Shown here one piece after another: positions 38,573 through 50,400 of a stretch of 64,000 bases of DNA. The stretch's first letter is position 1; each line of letters opens with the position of its first letter. Location: the NCBI GenBank assembly GCA_943788505.1, contig CALSQR010000002.1, positions 253,323 to 317,322 on the forward strand. Reading direction: 5' to 3'. Below the pieces are notes generated by a model. It did no database searches, was not told where the DNA came from, and saw only the letters and a list, made by a program, of their open reading frames with translations. Source of the DNA: an uncultured bacterium (GTDB taxonomy: Bacteria > Bacteroidota > Rhodothermia > Rhodothermales > UBA10348). Both the position numbers and the translations under genes were made by a program.

Positions 38573-39226
38573 ATGAAATCTGATATCCTCTTCTGGCTGG
38601 CGATTTTCGCCGTCTATATTTTTCAGGCATATGTAGCCCGAAAAAAGAAAAAGGCAGCTCAGCAATCCCTCCCTTCTTATGGAGAGGCACCTGCTCCAAT
38701 GCAAGGGGCTGAATCCTGGGAAAGGAGTGGTCCTCCCTATTCAAGTGACTCATCAACTGAGGTAGTCACTGGCCTAGAATCTGCACTTTCGGAAATCTCA
38801 CGTATGCTTCAAGGAGATGAGCCCAGAGAAGCTGGAATGCCAGAAACGTCGCAGTCACCGGACGGGGACTTTCATGAGCGGTTGCACCCATCTAGAAACC
38901 CAGAGTCGGCCGTTGCGAAAACCGTGAAAAGTGCCACACGTCTTGAAAGCGCCAAAAGCCCCTTCCGGGAATTTCGGTCTGCTGGGCACGAGACAGGCGA
39001 GAGGTTCTATGATGACTCCTTCGAAAAGAAGGGCAGAGAATTCCATGCTCCAGTGATCACCCATGATCACGTTTATGACTTTGGTGGATATGAAAAGTCC
39101 GGTGGAGCACTGACACCGGCTAAAAAACCGATACCTGCCCAACCGGACTTGACAGATCCGCAGCGTTTGCGAGAAGCATTTATCGCCGCTGAAATACTTG
39201 GTAAGCCGATTTCAAAACGGCATTGA
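38573..39226 (+). CDS. Hypothetical protein with N-terminal membrane anchor
   Basis: N-terminal TM helix, disordered middle and C-terminal LREAFIAAEILGKP motif. Confidence 0.7.
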   Translation: MKSDILFWLAIFAVYIFQAYVARKKKKAAQQSLPSYGEAPAPMQGAESWERSGPPYSSDSSTEVVTGLESALSEISRMLQGDEPREAGMPETSQSPDGDFHERLHPSRNPESAVAKTVKSATRLESAKSPFREFRSAGHETGERFYDDSFEKKGREFHAPVITHDHVYDFGGYEKSGGALTPAKKPIPAQPDLTDPQRLREAFIAAEILGKPISKRH

Positions 39227-39229
39227 TAC

Positions 39230-39733
39230 CTACAGCTCTTCGATAACTGACAGGTCGGTCGGCTCATCGCCACCTTTCTTGAACATTTTGGCCCCAATCG
39301 CACCAGCACCCGCTCCAAAGGCAGAAGAGACGGCGGTGCTCACCAGAACGTTAAAGAAAAACGGTCCCAATTGGATGGCCGCTTCAACCTGATCTTCGAG
39401 ACCTTGAATAGATTCTGGAGGTAATTGGTCTCCTAAATTGTTCAGCATGAATTCAGCCATAACGACATCGTGACGAATGCCCGCCGTCATCAAGATCAGG
39501 GTTAAAACGGAGGCAATCACACTTCCTCCTACAGCGACCAAGGCACCCATACCGGCAGCTTTCCCACCGGAAATAGTCAATTCGTTGGTTTCGGTGTAAT
39601 GCCATATGGCTACCAACGCCCCTGCAATTACATTCATGCAACACATTAGAGTGGTGATGAGACCGAGGTAAGACGTACCTAGGATCCCTGTGACAAGGGC
39701 ACCCAGGAGGATAGACTGTTTTGTATCCGGCAT
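39230..39733 (-). CDS. Hypothetical integral membrane protein (DUF4199-like)
   Basis: 167-aa ORF with about four hydrophobic helices. Confidence 0.65.
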   Translation of the reverse strand: MPDTKQSILLGALVTGILGTSYLGLITTLMCCMNVIAGALVAIWHYTETNELTISGGKAAGMGALVAVGGSVIASVLTLILMTAGIRHDVVMAEFMLNNLGDQLPPESIQGLEDQVEAAIQLGPFFFNVLVSTAVSSAFGAGAGAIGAKMFKKGGDEPTDLSVIEEL

Positions 39734-39875
39734 GGTATCAGAAAGATAAAAGGATCAAAATGGCTGGCTCACCCAGCCCACACAATGACGGTCGATGCGC
39801 CAACTACTTTCGATAAGCGTCGCGACAGTACGATACCCCACTTATTCCTGATAATTACGAATTAAGGAGTGTGAA

Positions 39876-40373
39876 TCAGCCCTCAGGGTGCGTTTTCACT
39901 TGATCTCCAAAAGACTCTACCACTGAGAGCATGAGAATGTAGCCTGCTACAATCCCGAAGATTGCTCCCGTTATCATCCGGGAGGTAGGAGTGTTCGTCC
40001 ACAGGCCTGCCACGTCCCCACTCCAGTCGAGGACACCAGGAAAAACCGCAGCTGCCAAAAGGTACGCAGTCTTCCGGACCGGCACGGGCCACCATCCTTT
40101 TAGACCGGCAAACAACACACCACCCAAAACGAACCCTGCATAAGCTCCAAGACAACGATGACACACAGCCACCGAAACGCCTTCGATGTGCATGGATCGT
40201 GCAGGCAACTGGTGGCAGACATGAGAGAATGCAGTCATTAAAACACCTCTCATGGACTCGCCGACGAAGGGAGGCAATAGGGCAAAAAACAGCAAGAGGC
40301 TGACCGAGCCCAGTACCAACCAAAATCCTTTTCGAAAGCCGTTCGGGTAGTCTGCGGGAAGGACTGAGGACAT
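39876..40373 (-). CDS. DUF2085 family membrane protein
   Basis: CHQLPARS, VCHRCLGAYAG, P..LD and SRMITGAIFG motifs. Confidence 0.82.
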   Translation of the reverse strand: MSSVLPADYPNGFRKGFWLVLGSVSLLLFFALLPPFVGESMRGVLMTAFSHVCHQLPARSMHIEGVSVAVCHRCLGAYAGFVLGGVLFAGLKGWWPVPVRKTAYLLAAAVFPGVLDWSGDVAGLWTNTPTSRMITGAIFGIVAGYILMLSVVESFGDQVKTHPEG

Positions 40374-40566
40374 GTTAAACTGGCCCAGATCTGTGTCAAG
40401 TAGAAGTGCGCTGCACCGTTCACACAAATTTAACTGCTATCGGGTCACAATGTGCCTTTCTGCTTGATTTGATATTGATTTGAACGGAACAGAGAGGTCC
40501 AAAATTGGGTTCGAACCAACTGAAGGGCTGGAAATCCAGAAGCCCCGCTTATTTTTTATCTCCACT

Positions 40567-40593
40567 TTAGCACTCACCCATCGAGAGTGCCAA
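40567..40593 (+). promoter_or_regulatory. CIRCE element (HrcA operator) upstream of groES
   Basis: TTAGCACTC-acccatcga-GAGTGCCAA, one mismatch to TTAGCACTC-N9-GAGTGCTAA. Confidence 0.93.
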
Positions 40594-40640
40594 ATAGTGG
40601 AATTTATCACTCAACCTTAAGTCATCAGAGGCAGCACAAC

Positions 40641-40931
40641 ATGGCTAGCATTAAACCTCTTGGCGATCGCGTAGTGGTCAGACCACAGCCGGCCGAAGAG
40701 AAAACGGCCAGCGGTTTGTTCATCCCCGATACCGCCAAAGAAAAGCCGCAGCGCGGCGAAGTCGTATCAGTAGGACCAGGTAAAGTCGAGAACGGAATCA
40801 AAGTTGACATGTCTGTCAGTAAAGGCGACACCGTTCTTTACGGCAAATACTCCGGTACCGAAATCAATATTAGCGACGAAGACCTGCTCATCATGCGGGA
40901 ATCGGACATCCTCGGTATCGTCAACGACTAA
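40641..40931 (+). CDS. groES: Co-chaperonin GroES
   Basis: [34 protein letters not shown] and MRESDILG. Confidence 0.98.
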   Translation: MASIKPLGDRVVVRPQPAEEKTASGLFIPDTAKEKPQRGEVVSVGPGKVENGIKVDMSVSKGDTVLYGKYSGTEINISDEDLLIMRESDILGIVND

Positions 40932-40992
40932 TTCGCTACCTACCGGTCGTTTCTGACCGGCTCAGTTAGCACAGCACACCTCGGGCTCCTGA

Positions 40993-42681
<1,689 letters not shown>

Positions 42682-42723
42682 GTCTGATTCTTCAGATTCT
42701 ACCCGCGCTCAAGCGCGTATATT

Positions 42724-42756
42724 CAAAGGGCGGGCCGCACAGCGGCCCGCCCTTTG
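42724..42756 (+). terminator. groEL terminator hairpin
   Basis: caaagggcgggccgc-aca-gcggcccgccctttg. Confidence 0.8.
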
Positions 42757-42777
42757 TCTTTAAAGTAATTTCTGTTC

Positions 42778-43335
42778 GTGTCTCACATCGCCCACATAGC
42801 CTTAGGCTCAAACCTACCCGTGTCTTCGGGGCCACATTCGGGGAATCGACTCTCCCACTTGCAGTTTGGCGTGGACCAAATTGCTACTATGAGCGCCTTG
42901 ACGATCGAACAAGTATCGTCTGTCTATGAGACCGAAGCCCATATCTGGCCAGGTGCTCCACCTCAGGCGCCCTATTTGAATGCTGTTCTTCGATGCAACA
43001 CGGACCTAGAAGCTCCAGCACTTCTGCGAGCCCTTCTTTCGATCGAACAACAACGAGGCCGGACACGTCAGCCTGAAAATTCATGGCTGGCGCGCACGTT
43101 GGACCTGGATATCATCGACTATGGCGGTTTAAAGATTGAGGACGAGGTGCTAACTCTTCCACACCCGCGACTGGCCGAGCGACGTTTCGTGCTTGTACCT
43201 ACCGCTGAAATTACACCAGACCTGTTTCTTCCTGCTCCCTTTGAAGCGAACGTTGTCTATCTTCTAGAGACGTGTTTAGACTCGTCTGACGTCCACCTAA
43301 CTCCTCACAAGCTCAGAATTCCTGAAGGCACATGA
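42778..43335 (+). CDS. folK: 2-amino-4-hydroxy-6-hydroxymethyldihydropteridine diphosphokinase
   Basis: IALGSN, SSVYET, YLNAV, RTLDLDII and LPHPRLAERRFVLVP. Confidence 0.93.
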   Translation: MSHIAHIALGSNLPVSSGPHSGNRLSHLQFGVDQIATMSALTIEQVSSVYETEAHIWPGAPPQAPYLNAVLRCNTDLEAPALLRALLSIEQQRGRTRQPENSWLARTLDLDIIDYGGLKIEDEVLTLPHPRLAERRFVLVPTAEITPDLFLPAPFEANVVYLLETCLDSSDVHLTPHKLRIPEGT

Positions 43336-44057
43336 GCCTGTTTGACGAACTGCCAAAAGAAACCCCCTCCCCGGAGCCACATGACGATGCAGTGGTCTTC
43401 CCTGAGCACCTGCAGTATATCGTCATCGAGGGAGTGATTGGAGCTGGTAAAACCACCCTCGCCAATATGCTGGCCCAGCAGACTGATGCACGGTTGGTCT
43501 TAGAGCAATTCGAAGAGAACCCATTTCTGGAGCGATTCTATACAGATCGCAAACGTTGGGCCTTTCAGACACAGCTTAGCTTCTTGGCAAGTCGTTTTCG
43601 GCAGCAGCAGTCACTGGGCGGGCGGGACCTGTTCCACAACTTCATTATTGCCGACTACACATTCGACAAGGATCGAATCTTTGCCCGAATCAACCTCGAT
43701 GGCGATGAGCTTTCGCTGTATGAGACCATGTTCGGCATCATGCAACCCACGACACCGGTCCCGGACCTGATTGTCTATTTGCAGGCATCCACTCCACGAC
43801 TGATGGAAAACATCCGTTCAAGGGGGCGGGACTACGAAAAGGACATGGATGAGTCCTATATCGACGGGCTGAACCAAGCCTACAACCACTATTTTTTCCA
43901 CTACAATCAGAGCCCTCTTCTAATCGTCAATGCAACCAACATGGATTTTGTGAAACATCCTGAGGACTTGAACGAACTTATACGACAGATCGCAGGGCTA
44001 CGTCACCCGGGAACGACGTACTTCAATCCCACCTCTTCCCGACCTGCGCTTTTCTGA
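43332..44057 (+). CDS. Deoxynucleoside kinase (dAK/dGK family)
   Basis: IEGVIGAGKTTL, FY.DRKRWAFQTQLSFL, PDLIVYLQA and RGRDYE. Confidence 0.92.
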   Translation: MSLFDELPKETPSPEPHDDAVVFPEHLQYIVIEGVIGAGKTTLANMLAQQTDARLVLEQFEENPFLERFYTDRKRWAFQTQLSFLASRFRQQQSLGGRDLFHNFIIADYTFDKDRIFARINLDGDELSLYETMFGIMQPTTPVPDLIVYLQASTPRLMENIRSRGRDYEKDMDESYIDGLNQAYNHYFFHYNQSPLLIVNATNMDFVKHPEDLNELIRQIAGLRHPGTTYFNPTSSRPALF

Positions 44058-44086
44058 TTGACGATCACAAAGAACGAAGACGTTCC

Positions 44087-44305
44087 ATGCTCTTCAAGTG
44101 GTTTTTCCTTCTACTCATTACCTGGTACATCTACCGGGCTGCGGGCAACCTCATTTCGGCGGCCCGAGGACGGCAACAAGTACCTGATAATCGACGGCCT
44201 TCACCCGATGGACCAGATATCAGCGTTGTGCGCCCAAGTAAAGAAGCACACGTTTCTCGGCCTAATCCTGACGATGTGGAAGATGCCCGTTTTCAGGATC
44301 TCTGA
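44087..44305 (+). CDS. Small membrane-anchored hypothetical protein (DUF4834-like)
   Basis: N-terminal TM helix and C-terminal DVEDARFQDL motif. Confidence 0.6.
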   Translation: MLFKWFFLLLITWYIYRAAGNLISAARGRQQVPDNRRPSPDGPDISVVRPSKEAHVSRPNPDDVEDARFQDL

Positions 44306-44360
44306 TCGGATACTGGGACTGTTTTTACAGACGAGGCGCACAGCCCTATCCAACTACTGA

Positions 44361-45731
44361 TCAGCCAAGTAGCTCAGCCATAAATCGCTCACCGAGTGTC
44401 TTGGCAGCCGCGTCTGTCTCTGCTTCAGCATATACGCGGATGATGGGCTCGGTGTTGGACTTTCGCATGTGGACCCATCCTTCATCGAGGTCGATCTTGA
44501 CACCATCGATGGTCGATGTTCTCTCGCCCTGGTACGCCTTGGCCATACGAGCCAGCAAAGCGTCCGGATCAAGGTCACCAATGTCGGTTTTCATCTTGAC
44601 GATTTTCAGGTCGGGCATGCTGGCCACCAACTCAGAGAGCGTCGATCCCGAGTCTGCTAAGTGCTGCAGAATCAAGGCGACACCAACGAGTGCATCCCGT
44701 CCATAGTGCAGATCTGGAAGAATAACGCCTCCATTGCCTTCGCCTCCGATTGCAGCACCAACCCGTTTCATTTCCTCGACCACGTTGATTTCGCCAACTG
44801 CTGAACGAAATACGTCCTGACCATGCTTGGCCGCGACGCGCTCAATGGCACGAGAGGAAGAAAGGTTGGTCGCGAAAGGGCCGCTGTGATGCTGCCACCA
44901 AAAATCGGCTGCAAGAACCTGGGTTAGCTCCTCACTGACATACACACCCCCATCGGCAATGAGTGCGAGGCGATCCGCATCTGGATCGACCACCAGTCCG
45001 AGGTCTGCTTCTTCGGTAGCTACTCGCTCACATATCTCCGTCAGGTTTTCCGGCAAAGGCTCTGCAGGATGAGCAAAACGACCCGTCGGCTCGCAGTGAA
45101 GGCGGATGATCTGCTCATCCCTGACGCCAAGCGCCCTCAAAATGGCAGGTATTGCGATGCCTCCCACCGAGTTAACAGCATCTACTACGACCCGGAAATC
45201 GCGCGTTGCAATTCGTTCAGCGTTGATTTCAGGCAGATCCATGATGGCAGAAACATGCGAATCAAGAAAATCGTGGGATCGTACCGAACCAAGGCTGTCC
45301 CATTGCGCCCACTTCCTAGTTGGTAACTCCGCCGCCGCTATCAACTCGCTCGCATCTCGTGGCGACAGAAATTCGCCCTTCGAATTGAGCAGTTTAAGGG
45401 CATTCCACTCGGCCGGATTATGGGAAGCAGACAATACGATGCCGCCTGTGGCGCCTACGGAGATCACGGCCATTTCAACGGTTGGTGTCGAAGCCAGTCC
45501 CGCATCAATAACATGGATACCCTGAGCACGAAGGGTATTTATAACCAATTCTGAGCAGACAGGCCCAGAAACGCGTGCATCTCGCCCTACTACCACAGTT
45601 GGTGCCTCCGCAGCCGACCTCAGCATGAGGTCCCCGTAGGCCGAGGCAAAACGGACGATAACTGCAGGATCTAATCCCTTACCAACGATACCGCGGATGC
45701 CAGAAATAGAGACTACAAGAGTGGAAGACAT
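44361..45731 (-). CDS. glmM: Phosphoglucosamine mutase / phosphohexomutase
   Basis: SISGIRG, VGRDAR.SG, SASHNP (phospho-Ser), DPDADR and GGEGNGG. Confidence 0.88.
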   Translation of the reverse strand: MSSTLVVSISGIRGIVGKGLDPAVIVRFASAYGDLMLRSAAEAPTVVVGRDARVSGPVCSELVINTLRAQGIHVIDAGLASTPTVEMAVISVGATGGIVLSASHNPAEWNALKLLNSKGEFLSPRDASELIAAAELPTRKWAQWDSLGSVRSHDFLDSHVSAIMDLPEINAERIATRDFRVVVDAVNSVGGIAIPAILRALGVRDEQIIRLHCEPTGRFAHPAEPLPENLTEICERVATEEADLGLVVDPDADRLALIADGGVYVSEELTQVLAADFWWQHHSGPFATNLSSSRAIERVAAKHGQDVFRSAVGEINVVEEMKRVGAAIGGEGNGGVILPDLHYGRDALVGVALILQHLADSGSTLSELVASMPDLKIVKMKTDIGDLDPDALLARMAKAYQGERTSTIDGVKIDLDEGWVHMRKSNTEPIIRVYAEAETDAAAKTLGERFMAELLG

Positions 45732-45874
45732 GAGCAAAAGGGATGAATGATGTCGATGACTTTGGAGCCAGCAGGGATGTCTCTTTGCTTGCTAGGTGAA
45801 AGTAAGAAATGAAGACCGTATCCTTTGGGACATACGGCCCGTATTATGCTTTTTACACAATCACGAGGAACCCC

Positions 45875-46126
45875 ATGGGAATTTTCTGGATCATCCTGGT
45901 AGGATTCGTTGCAGGCGCGCTAGCCAAATATTTAATGCCTGGCAAGGATGGCGGCGGCTTTGTAATGACCACCCTTCTCGGCATCGGCGGCGCTTTCGTA
46001 GGTGAATGGCTAGGTGCCCTGCTGGGCATGAACCGTCTGCTCGATGGTCTGCTGGGATCAATTGTCAGCGCCACCCTAGGAGCGCTTCTTCTCCTCTGGA
46101 TCTACAATAAGTGGTTCAAGAAATAA
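45875..46126 (+). CDS. GlsB/YeaQ/YmgE family transglycosylase-associated membrane protein
   Basis: WIILVG.VAGALAK.LMPG...TLLGIGGAFVG...S.LGALLLL. Confidence 0.9.
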   Translation: MGIFWIILVGFVAGALAKYLMPGKDGGGFVMTTLLGIGGAFVGEWLGALLGMNRLLDGLLGSIVSATLGALLLLWIYNKWFKK

Positions 46127-46147
46127 AGGAAGCCATAAGGCTATACG

Positions 46148-46183
46148 AAAAAGGGCGGGCCGCATCAGCGGCCCGCCCTTTTT
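46148..46183. terminator. Bidirectional terminator between convergent genes
   Basis: aaaaagggcgggccgc-atca-gcggcccgcccttttt. The stem is identical to the groEL terminator. Confidence 0.85.
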
Positions 46184-46204
46184 ACTTTCTATCAGGATTC
46201 CTGC

Positions 46205-46993
46205 CTACTGCGCCAACAAAAACACGACAGTCACGGAGGCTGAAACTTCGATTTCTCCAGCGGCAAAAGCATCGGGATTAGCATCCTTGGACATGCTCGC
46301 CATTTCCATAGCGTCCATACGCAGCATTGGCTGCGGCACAGAAATACCTTGCTCAGCTATCTGCCACACAGCGCCCAAACGTTCATCTAGCGCGCCTGCC
46401 ATCACAGTGGCTTTTTCTCGAGCGCGTCGGACGGCGAGCGCTAGGGCTTCTAATTCGACATCATCGCGGTCATCAAGGCCATACTGGACACCGTCGATGC
46501 GGTTAGCTCCGCTGTCAACCAGTTGCGACATCAATTCTGGGAGTTGATCCAAGTCCCGAACCTGAACTTCAACCCTTCGTGTCGCCTCAAAGCCCTTTTC
46601 GAGATAAATCCGGCGCTCCGGATCGTATTCGCGGCGGGGCACCAACTGAAGATTGGCCATCTCAAGATCCGACTCTTCAATCCCCAGACTACGGATGGCA
46701 TTCATGGCTGATGCACTGGCCTCTGCATTATCATCCTGAGCTTGCGTTGGAGAATCCCCAGTGGTTACCACCGAAAAACGCACGGTAGCCATGTCTGGCT
46801 CTGTCGTTATGACGCCTTGGGCGGACACCGTGATCGATGCATTTTGAGCAGCTACGGGCAGAGCTAGGCCGAGGACGACCAAAAAGGCCATAGCCATAAC
46901 AAGACGGGACGAACCCGTTCTTCGTGTAGCAGATATCACACACCGCCGGACGGCAGACTGTACAGCGTAAATTGGACGAAGCATTACAAACAC
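46205..46993 (-). CDS. SIMPL domain (DUF541) periplasmic protein
   Basis: ITVSAQG...PDMA.V, GANRIDGV, A...AREKA..MA and AGEIEVSASVTV.F. The true start may be near 46897. Confidence 0.88.
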   Translation of the reverse strand: MFVMLRPIYAVQSAVRRCVISATRRTGSSRLVMAMAFLVVLGLALPVAAQNASITVSAQGVITTEPDMATVRFSVVTTGDSPTQAQDDNAEASASAMNAIRSLGIEESDLEMANLQLVPRREYDPERRIYLEKGFEATRRVEVQVRDLDQLPELMSQLVDSGANRIDGVQYGLDDRDDVELEALALAVRRAREKATVMAGALDERLGAVWQIAEQGISVPQPMLRMDAMEMASMSKDANPDAFAAGEIEVSASVTVVFLLAQ

Positions 46994-47090
46994 CTATTAG
47001 TTATGCGAAAAGAGCTTTATTCGTCAAATGACGAGTACCCACCCCCACATCTTGCAATCAGCGTACCAAAACCGGCCAATCGTGTTTCTA

Positions 47091-48596
47091 TTATGGATAG
47101 AGACGATCCAGGGTGCGAGCAAATGGAATCGTTTCCCTAAGGTGGTGAATGCCGCAAATCCAGGTAACCGTACGCTCAAGACCGAGGCCATACCCGGAGT
47201 GCGGGACAGAGCCGTATCGGCGCAGATCGAAATACCAGGTGAACGCCTCTTCGGGCAGACCGTGTGCCTTGACCTGATCCTGCAGAAACGCTAGGTCGGT
47301 CGCTCGCTCTCCACCACCAACAATCTCTCCGTATCCCTCTGGAGCAAGCACATCCATGCCGAGCGCCAATCTGTCATCTTCTGGATCACGTTTCATGTAG
47401 AACGCCTTAAATACGGCAGGGAAACGATGCACGATAATGGGCCGATCGTAGTGCCACGTGATAAGCGTCTCGTCGCTACCGCCAAAATCGGTGCCCCATT
47501 CAAAGTTCTTTGCGGACTCCAACCACTTCGGCAAATTCCTGAGGGCTTCCTCTATCTCGCCGAGGCGGGTCTGAATCTCGATCTCGCGTGCGTCAATCTT
47601 GCGCTTCTGCCATTTTTTAGCCTGTCCGTACGCCGCTTTGCCTTCTTCGCGCTCCTGCTCAATGTCCTTCTGTTCCTGCTCAAGCGATGCGATCTTGTCT
47701 GTCACCATATTGGCCGTCTTGTCACTGTGCAGCAAGTCTACAGCCTCTGAGTAGGTCACGCGAGGATATCCGCCGATGCTACGCTTGAGTGGCTCCTGAT
47801 CACGCTCAAGCACCTCTAGCTCGGTCTGACAGTCACGCAAGGCGTCGCTCACGATGCGAGAAAGCATGTCTTCTGACAGCTGCATCGTGGCTTCGAGATC
47901 ATAGAATGCCATTTCTGGCTCTATCATCCAGAATTCTGTCAAGTGACGGCGCGTTTTGGACTTCTCAGCCCGAAACGTGGGGCCAAATGTGTAGATCTTT
48001 CCGAAAGCCATGGCCATCGCTTCGCCGTGCAGCTGGCCACTTTGTGTTAGATAGGCCGAACGCCCAAAGTATTCCATTTCGAACAATGTCGAAGTGCCTT
48101 CAACAGCCGTTCCCGTAAGAATGGGCGCATCCGTCTGCAGGAATCCCCGTTCCTGAAAGAAGTTGTGGATCGACATCACCACACTATTCCTGATACGCAA
48201 AATCGCCCACTGTCTGCGGCTTCGAAGCCACAAATGACGGTGGTTCATCAGAAAGTCCACACCATGCTCTTTCGGCGTGATGGGATAGTCTTCCGCCTTG
48301 TGGAACAGAGACATCGCACGAACTTGAATCTCATGGCCTCCTACCTGGCGTTCGTCGGCACGCACCAACCCTTTGATCTCCATAGAACTCTCCTGAGTCG
48401 CTTCCTCAGCAGCATTCCATGAGTCGGCATCTACCTCTTCCTGATTCACAACGCACTGGCTCAGGCCAGTTCCGTCACGCAGGACCAAGAAATGCAGCCC
48501 TTTGGAACTGCGCTTGTTGTAGAGCCAGCCCCTAAGGGTTACTTCTTGCCCTACGTGCTGCCCAAGTGAGTTGATGGATGTGTGGTCTGGCTTCAT
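47091..48596 (-). CDS. asnS: Asparagine--tRNA ligase with a coiled-coil insertion
   Basis: GWLYNKRSS, YLTQSGQLH.E, FGPTFRAEKSKTRRHL.EFWM.EPE and PHSG.GLGLER. Confidence 0.96.
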   Translation of the reverse strand: MKPDHTSINSLGQHVGQEVTLRGWLYNKRSSKGLHFLVLRDGTGLSQCVVNQEEVDADSWNAAEEATQESSMEIKGLVRADERQVGGHEIQVRAMSLFHKAEDYPITPKEHGVDFLMNHRHLWLRSRRQWAILRIRNSVVMSIHNFFQERGFLQTDAPILTGTAVEGTSTLFEMEYFGRSAYLTQSGQLHGEAMAMAFGKIYTFGPTFRAEKSKTRRHLTEFWMIEPEMAFYDLEATMQLSEDMLSRIVSDALRDCQTELEVLERDQEPLKRSIGGYPRVTYSEAVDLLHSDKTANMVTDKIASLEQEQKDIEQEREEGKAAYGQAKKWQKRKIDAREIEIQTRLGEIEEALRNLPKWLESAKNFEWGTDFGGSDETLITWHYDRPIIVHRFPAVFKAFYMKRDPEDDRLALGMDVLAPEGYGEIVGGGERATDLAFLQDQVKAHGLPEEAFTWYFDLRRYGSVPHSGYGLGLERTVTWICGIHHLRETIPFARTLDRLYP

Positions 48597-48686
48597 GTGC
48601 GATTTGAGATCCGTTAAATGCTGCTCGCCCTTTCCTACTTCGAGTGGGGAGCAGTCAGAAAATACGCAAGCGGGTACAAACGAAAC

Positions 48687-48716
48687 GGGTCCGGCCGCCT
48701 GTTGGCGGCCGGACCC
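48687..48716 (-). terminator. Terminator downstream of the GWxTD gene
   Basis: Perfect 13-bp stem gggtccggccgcc-tgtt-ggcggccggaccc, followed by gtttcgtttg on the minus strand. Confidence 0.75.
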
Positions 48717-48771
48717 TCAAAAATATCGGTGAATTGCTCTGCCGTTTAGGTCAATTCGCCTATGAAACCGT

Positions 48772-50244
48772 TTACTTTTGTAATTCCTGCAACCAGTTGG
48801 CTGATTTCGTTTCGCCAGTAACAGTCGAATGAAGTAGTTCGAACGTTCCGAGCTCATCCAAATCAGCGAAAATAAACTGAGCCCGCCCCTCTCCCGGAAT
48901 ATTGTTGTACTCCCATATTTCGTACGGGACGTATCCTCGATCAAACATGTGTGGCTCAATGGCGGTTGGCGCACCAAACTTAATCAGAGCACGTCCGCGA
49001 TCAGATTCCCACCCTTCACTGAAGCTGCTGCTGTACCGGTCATTTGCATACTGAATGAGCGAATAAAACTCTTCCTGAAATTCGTTGATTGGGGTATTAG
49101 GATTAGGGTCTCTAATCGTCCAGAACTGCATGAAAAAGCGTCGTTGCTCCATCGGGTCGCGAATACTACGCAGACGGCGTCGTTCGGCATCGGTTGCTAT
49201 CACTTCAATGTGCTTAGACATCCTCTCTATCTCCTCTTCTGTCATTCGAGCATACTGACTCGTTTCAAACGACTGCTCGACGGAAATAATGTCTGTCTTG
49301 CGCTCAACATCAGGGTTGTAGACGAAGAACTTCCTCGATTGCTCTGCAATTGACTCATTGCTTTCATTGAGTACCGCAATCCGAAGGAAATACGATCCGC
49401 TCGCTAGATTTCTGATATTGAACGTGCCTACCAAGACGTCTGGAGATGTTAGGCGGCGCTGTGACCGCTTTTGAAAGTCAGCCATCGGCTGAGGCAGGTT
49501 AGCGTCAGAGAGATACGTAAATACCGTGTAGGTGCCCGAAGCTGCGGATACTTGATCGAGGTTATACACCTCGGTATAGTAAAACAGTGTATTCAGCCCG
49601 GAGCCAAAAAGCTGATTGGCATTGGGACGAATCAGCAGCCCATTTTTCCAAAAAATGTTACCTCGGTCGTCGCTCTGCTGAATGGACGAAGCGAGTGTGA
49701 TATCAGAAACACGCACAAGTGTCTCATCGGCAAAATCAGGGACGAGAACGTCTCGACGCATTTCTACTGAAGAACGACCCACCTCGCCATCTTCTGGAAT
49801 TACAACTCGAAGCTCATACTCGCCTGGAGGAATAGGTGCTCGTACCTGATGAACAAAATGCTGCCCTTCACTCATACCGGTTGTATCAGCCATCAAGAAA
49901 CTCAGGTCGAGATCCTCTTGCCACACAGCTGCTTCTGGAGAATCACTCATACCGACTTGCGTTGAGCGAACAATAGCCATACCGACTGGGAGCTGGGCGA
50001 GAAAGCCTTGCTCTGTTGCGGCATATTGAAGCGTCGATGCTTCGAACGACAAATAAAACTCGACCAGCGAAGTAGAAGCCTCGAAGGCAAACGCTGCATG
50101 ATCCAAATCAACTTGGACTGGAATTGACTGTGATGCTGGAGAGCTAGCCGAGGCCGTAGCCATATCCTGATCTTGGGCACCCGCGTGGGAAGCCATCAGG
50201 CTTACGAAAAGCAAAAGGGCCGGAATAGTAGAAAATCTGCGCAT
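48772..50244 (-). CDS. GWxTD domain-containing exported protein
   Basis: Signal peptide. FW..RDPNP.T..NE...E.Y....YAN......GWESDRG...I.FG.P and YEIWEY. ATG 50244 preferred. Confidence 0.9.
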   Translation of the reverse strand: MRRFSTIPALLLFVSLMASHAGAQDQDMATASASSPASQSIPVQVDLDHAAFAFEASTSLVEFYLSFEASTLQYAATEQGFLAQLPVGMAIVRSTQVGMSDSPEAAVWQEDLDLSFLMADTTGMSEGQHFVHQVRAPIPPGEYELRVVIPEDGEVGRSSVEMRRDVLVPDFADETLVRVSDITLASSIQQSDDRGNIFWKNGLLIRPNANQLFGSGLNTLFYYTEVYNLDQVSAASGTYTVFTYLSDANLPQPMADFQKRSQRRLTSPDVLVGTFNIRNLASGSYFLRIAVLNESNESIAEQSRKFFVYNPDVERKTDIISVEQSFETSQYARMTEEEIERMSKHIEVIATDAERRRLRSIRDPMEQRRFFMQFWTIRDPNPNTPINEFQEEFYSLIQYANDRYSSSFSEGWESDRGRALIKFGAPTAIEPHMFDRGYVPYEIWEYNNIPGEGRAQFIFADLDELGTFELLHSTVTGETKSANWLQELQK

Positions 50245-50400
50245 CTCAAGGTGGGATTGATGTGTGGGCCAAATCCGGATGGAACCTACCCGCCAGATCA
50301 ATTGGGTCAAATTCGCATCATCATAACAGAATAAGGTACACACACCTACCAACAGCCGATAGGTTTCCACTGCGAAACGTCTCTTAAAAGGTCTGAGTGG

